The position numbers and the translations under genes are program-made. Under the pieces are notes generated by a model. It made no database searches. It had not been told where the DNA came from and was given only the letters and a program-made list of their open reading frames with translations. Below, one piece after another: positions 63,401 to 64,000 of a stretch of 64,000 nucleotides of DNA. The stretch lies in assembly GCA_036172245.1 (NCBI GenBank), contig JAYWIR010000005.1, forward strand, positions 1,302,001 through 1,366,000. Reading direction: 5' to 3'. Numbering within the stretch: position 1 is the first letter of the stretch; each line of letters begins with the position of its first letter. Source of the DNA: Raillietiella orientalis (lineage: Eukaryota).

Positions 63401-64000
63401 CCCTTCTCCCGTTCCCGCCGCAGAACCGGACATTCCCGGCGCTCCATGCTCCTCCAAGGAGTTCCAGTGCTCGGACGGGTCGCAGTGCATCCCAAAGGCG
63501 TTCCACTGCGACAAGCAGGTCGACTGCCAGGACACCTCGGACGAGATCGGCTGCTCTGGACCGGTAATCGTGGTGCAGCCCGAGGCGATGATCATGGTGG
63601 AGCTGGGCGAGTCCTTCACCATCCGCTGCCGCGCGGTGGGAGTGCCCACGCCTCTCATCGTCTGGAGATGGAACTGGGGCCACGTGCCAGAAAACTGCGT
63701 CTCCACCAGGTGAGGCGCCTCCGGGGAGTCTCTCGACCCCTCTTCTTCCCGCCTCGTCTTTCGAATCGACCGCCCTTTCCTCCTTCCGGGAGCAGTGTCA
63801 ACGGGAGCGGCACGCTGGCGTGCTCCAACGTCCAGAAGATCAACCAGGGAGCGTACTCCTGCGAGGCCATCAACCCTAGCGGCTCCATCCTGCATCCGGT
63901 GGACACCGTGGTCATCGTCAAGCTGCCGGAAGGCATCTGCTCTCCTCCCACCTTCAACGTGAACGCCAGGACCGTGAACGAGTGTATCCCGTGTTTCTGC
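39331..64000 (+). CDS. HSPG2: Perlecan (basement membrane heparan sulfate proteoglycan core protein; trol/unc-52 orthologue), 5' portion, multi-exon, continues past window end
   Basis: Phase-compatible GT-AG exons encode signal peptide, [16 protein letters not shown] region, SEA, LDLa array, Ig, three LDLa, Ig with the perlecan-diagnostic [21 protein letters not shown]...[10 protein letters not shown], then CIPCFC (start of domain III). Confidence 0.95.
39624..39809. repeat. ~186-bp direct repeat in perlecan intron 1, copy 1
   Basis: Close match to 40800-40985; shorter diverged third copy near 41605-41680. Confidence 0.9.
40800..40985. repeat. ~186-bp direct repeat in perlecan intron 1, copy 2
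   Basis: Close match to 39624-39809. Confidence 0.9.
42111..42250. repeat. Degenerate minisatellite (~21-27-bp unit, ~6 copies)
   Basis: Recurring (G/A)CTGATC..CCTCTC units. Confidence 0.75.
47476..47890 (+). CDS. HSPG2: Perlecan exon 2: domain I with Ser-Gly GAG attachment sites (alternative same-phase donor at 47917)
   Basis: [16 protein letters not shown]...[31 protein letters not shown]; phase 0-1. Confidence 0.8.
48004..48190 (+). CDS. HSPG2: Perlecan exon: SEA domain first half
   Basis: [41 protein letters not shown]...[16 protein letters not shown]; phase 1-2. Confidence 0.85.
49055..49224 (+). CDS. HSPG2: Perlecan exon: SEA domain second half
   Basis: [62 protein letters not shown] acceptor, G|GTGAGA donor; phase 2-1. 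Confidence 0.85.
49290..49431 (+). CDS. HSPG2: Predicted perlecan exon, unassigned module part 1
   Basis: CTCTCTGCAG acceptor, open [29 protein letters not shown]...WHQRIS, AG|GTAAGC donor; phase 1-2. Confidence 0.65.
49596..49807 (+). CDS. HSPG2: Predicted perlecan exon, unassigned module part 2 (3' boundary less certain)
   Basis: TTTGCAG acceptor, [30 protein letters not shown]...[12 protein letters not shown]..., G|GTGAGC donor; phase 2-1. Confidence 0.6.
49879..49989 (+). CDS. HSPG2: Perlecan LDLa exon 1
   Basis: [36 protein letters not shown]; phase 1-1. Confidence 0.92.
50256..50378 (+). CDS. HSPG2: Perlecan LDLa exon 2
   Basis: [40 protein letters not shown]; phase 1-1. Confidence 0.88.
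51111..51649. repeat. ~0.5-kb near-identical direct repeat, copy 2 (in perlecan intron)
   Basis: Matches 36619-37157 at offset 14492. Confidence 0.95.
54701..54832 (+). CDS. HSPG2: Perlecan LDLa exon 3
   Basis: [43 protein letters not shown]; phase 1-1. Confidence 0.92.
56821..56943 (+). CDS. HSPG2: Perlecan LDLa exon 4
   Basis: [36 protein letters not shown]; phase 1-1. Confidence 0.93.
57011..57130 (+). CDS. HSPG2: Perlecan LDLa exon 5
   Basis: [35 protein letters not shown]; phase 1-1. Confidence 0.93.
57245..57350 (+). pseudogene. Decayed LDLa pseudo-exon within perlecan
   Basis: ARDFQCRDG/(frameshift)[24 protein letters not shown] with intact G|GTAAGT donor; three of six Cys missing, no AG after the pyrimidine tract. 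Confidence 0.7.
57720..58510 (+). mobile_element. tRNA-headed long SINE-like element, copy D (diverged, intronic)
   Basis: TGTGGTTAAGGC...CGTGGC...GCGTCGCGAGTTCGAATAC head (57725-57773); body shares GGTCCTCCCAGGAAT, CTTCAGAGGAG, GACAACCAGGG, CCAAGCGTGAGAGGAACG, GAGCCCTTCCTGGATT with copies A/B. Confidence 0.65.
59069..59188 (+). CDS. HSPG2: Perlecan LDLa exon 6
   Basis: [35 protein letters not shown]; phase 1-1. Confidence 0.93.
60312..60428 (+). CDS. HSPG2: Perlecan LDLa exon 7
   Basis: [35 protein letters not shown]; phase 1-1. Confidence 0.93.
60505..60612 (+). CDS. HSPG2: Perlecan LDLa exon 8
   Basis: [35 protein letters not shown]; phase 1-1. Confidence 0.93.
60682..60825 (+). CDS. 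HSPG2: Perlecan LDLa exon 9
   Basis: [36 protein letters not shown]; weaker G|GTATTC donor; phase 1-1. Confidence 0.88.
61489..61596 (+). CDS. HSPG2: Perlecan LDLa exon 10
   Basis: [35 protein letters not shown]; phase 1-1. Confidence 0.93.
61677..61787 (+). CDS. HSPG2: Perlecan LDLa exon 11
   Basis: [36 protein letters not shown]; phase 1-1. Confidence 0.93.
61904..62020 (+). CDS. HSPG2: Perlecan LDLa exon 12
   Basis: [36 protein letters not shown]; phase 1-1. Confidence 0.93.
62094..62147 (+). CDS. HSPG2: Perlecan exon: start of first Ig domain
   Basis: [22 protein letters not shown] acceptor, G|GTGAGT donor; phase 1-1. Confidence 0.88.
62252..62260 (+). CDS. HSPG2: Candidate 9-nt microexon in first Ig domain (adds V-E-P)
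   Basis: TACTGAC branch point (62218-62224), pyrimidine tract, GCAG|TGGAGCCAG|GTAAGC; frame-preserving, phase 1-1. Confidence 0.7.
62358..62491 (+). CDS. HSPG2: Perlecan exon: first Ig domain middle
   Basis: [44 protein letters not shown]; phase 1-0. Confidence 0.93.
62578..62671 (+). CDS. HSPG2: Perlecan exon: first Ig domain end
   Basis: [31 protein letters not shown]; phase 0-1. Confidence 0.92.
63022..63171 (+). CDS. HSPG2: Perlecan LDLa exon 13 (acceptor 63022 or 63025)
   Basis: [48 protein letters not shown]; tandem in-frame AAG/AAG acceptors; phase 1-1. Confidence 0.88.
63230..63343 (+). CDS. HSPG2: Perlecan LDLa exon 14
   Basis: [36 protein letters not shown]; phase 1-1. Confidence 0.95.
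63424..63709 (+). CDS. HSPG2: Perlecan exon: LDLa 15 plus second Ig domain
   Basis: [63 protein letters not shown]; phase 1-2. Confidence 0.95.
63796..64000 (+). CDS. HSPG2: Perlecan exon: end of second Ig and start of laminin-EGF-like domain III (truncated by window)
   Basis: [29 protein letters not shown]...[21 protein letters not shown]. Confidence 0.95.

Overview
Eukaryotic (metazoan, probably arthropod) genomic DNA, GC-rich, with GT-AG introns. Most ORFs in the supplied track are GC-rich artefacts. Two real genes are supported, both on the + strand. (1) A complete two-exon FTCD (formimidoyltransferase-cyclodeaminase; 9597-11265, one 49-nt intron, 539 aa). (2) The 5' part of a perlecan gene (HSPG2/trol/unc-52; 39331 to beyond 64000): signal peptide, Ser-Gly GAG region, SEA domain, an extra two-exon module, 12 intact single-exon LDLa repeats plus 1-2 decayed ones, an Ig domain with a candidate 9-nt microexon, three more LDLa repeats, a second Ig and the start of the laminin-type domain III. 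The rest is repeat-rich: a ~0.85-kb tRNA-headed, hairpin-rich SINE-like family (5 copies or fragments), a mariner-derived MITE, a short tRNA-SINE, decayed LINE/hAT/FLYWCH fragments, a near-identical 0.5-kb duplicate, an AT-rich island, and a ~105-bp fragment resembling a bacterial YhcG/DUF1016 gene (candidate endosymbiont-to-host transfer). Exon models and family assignments come from manual translation and recalled motifs; no searches were run.
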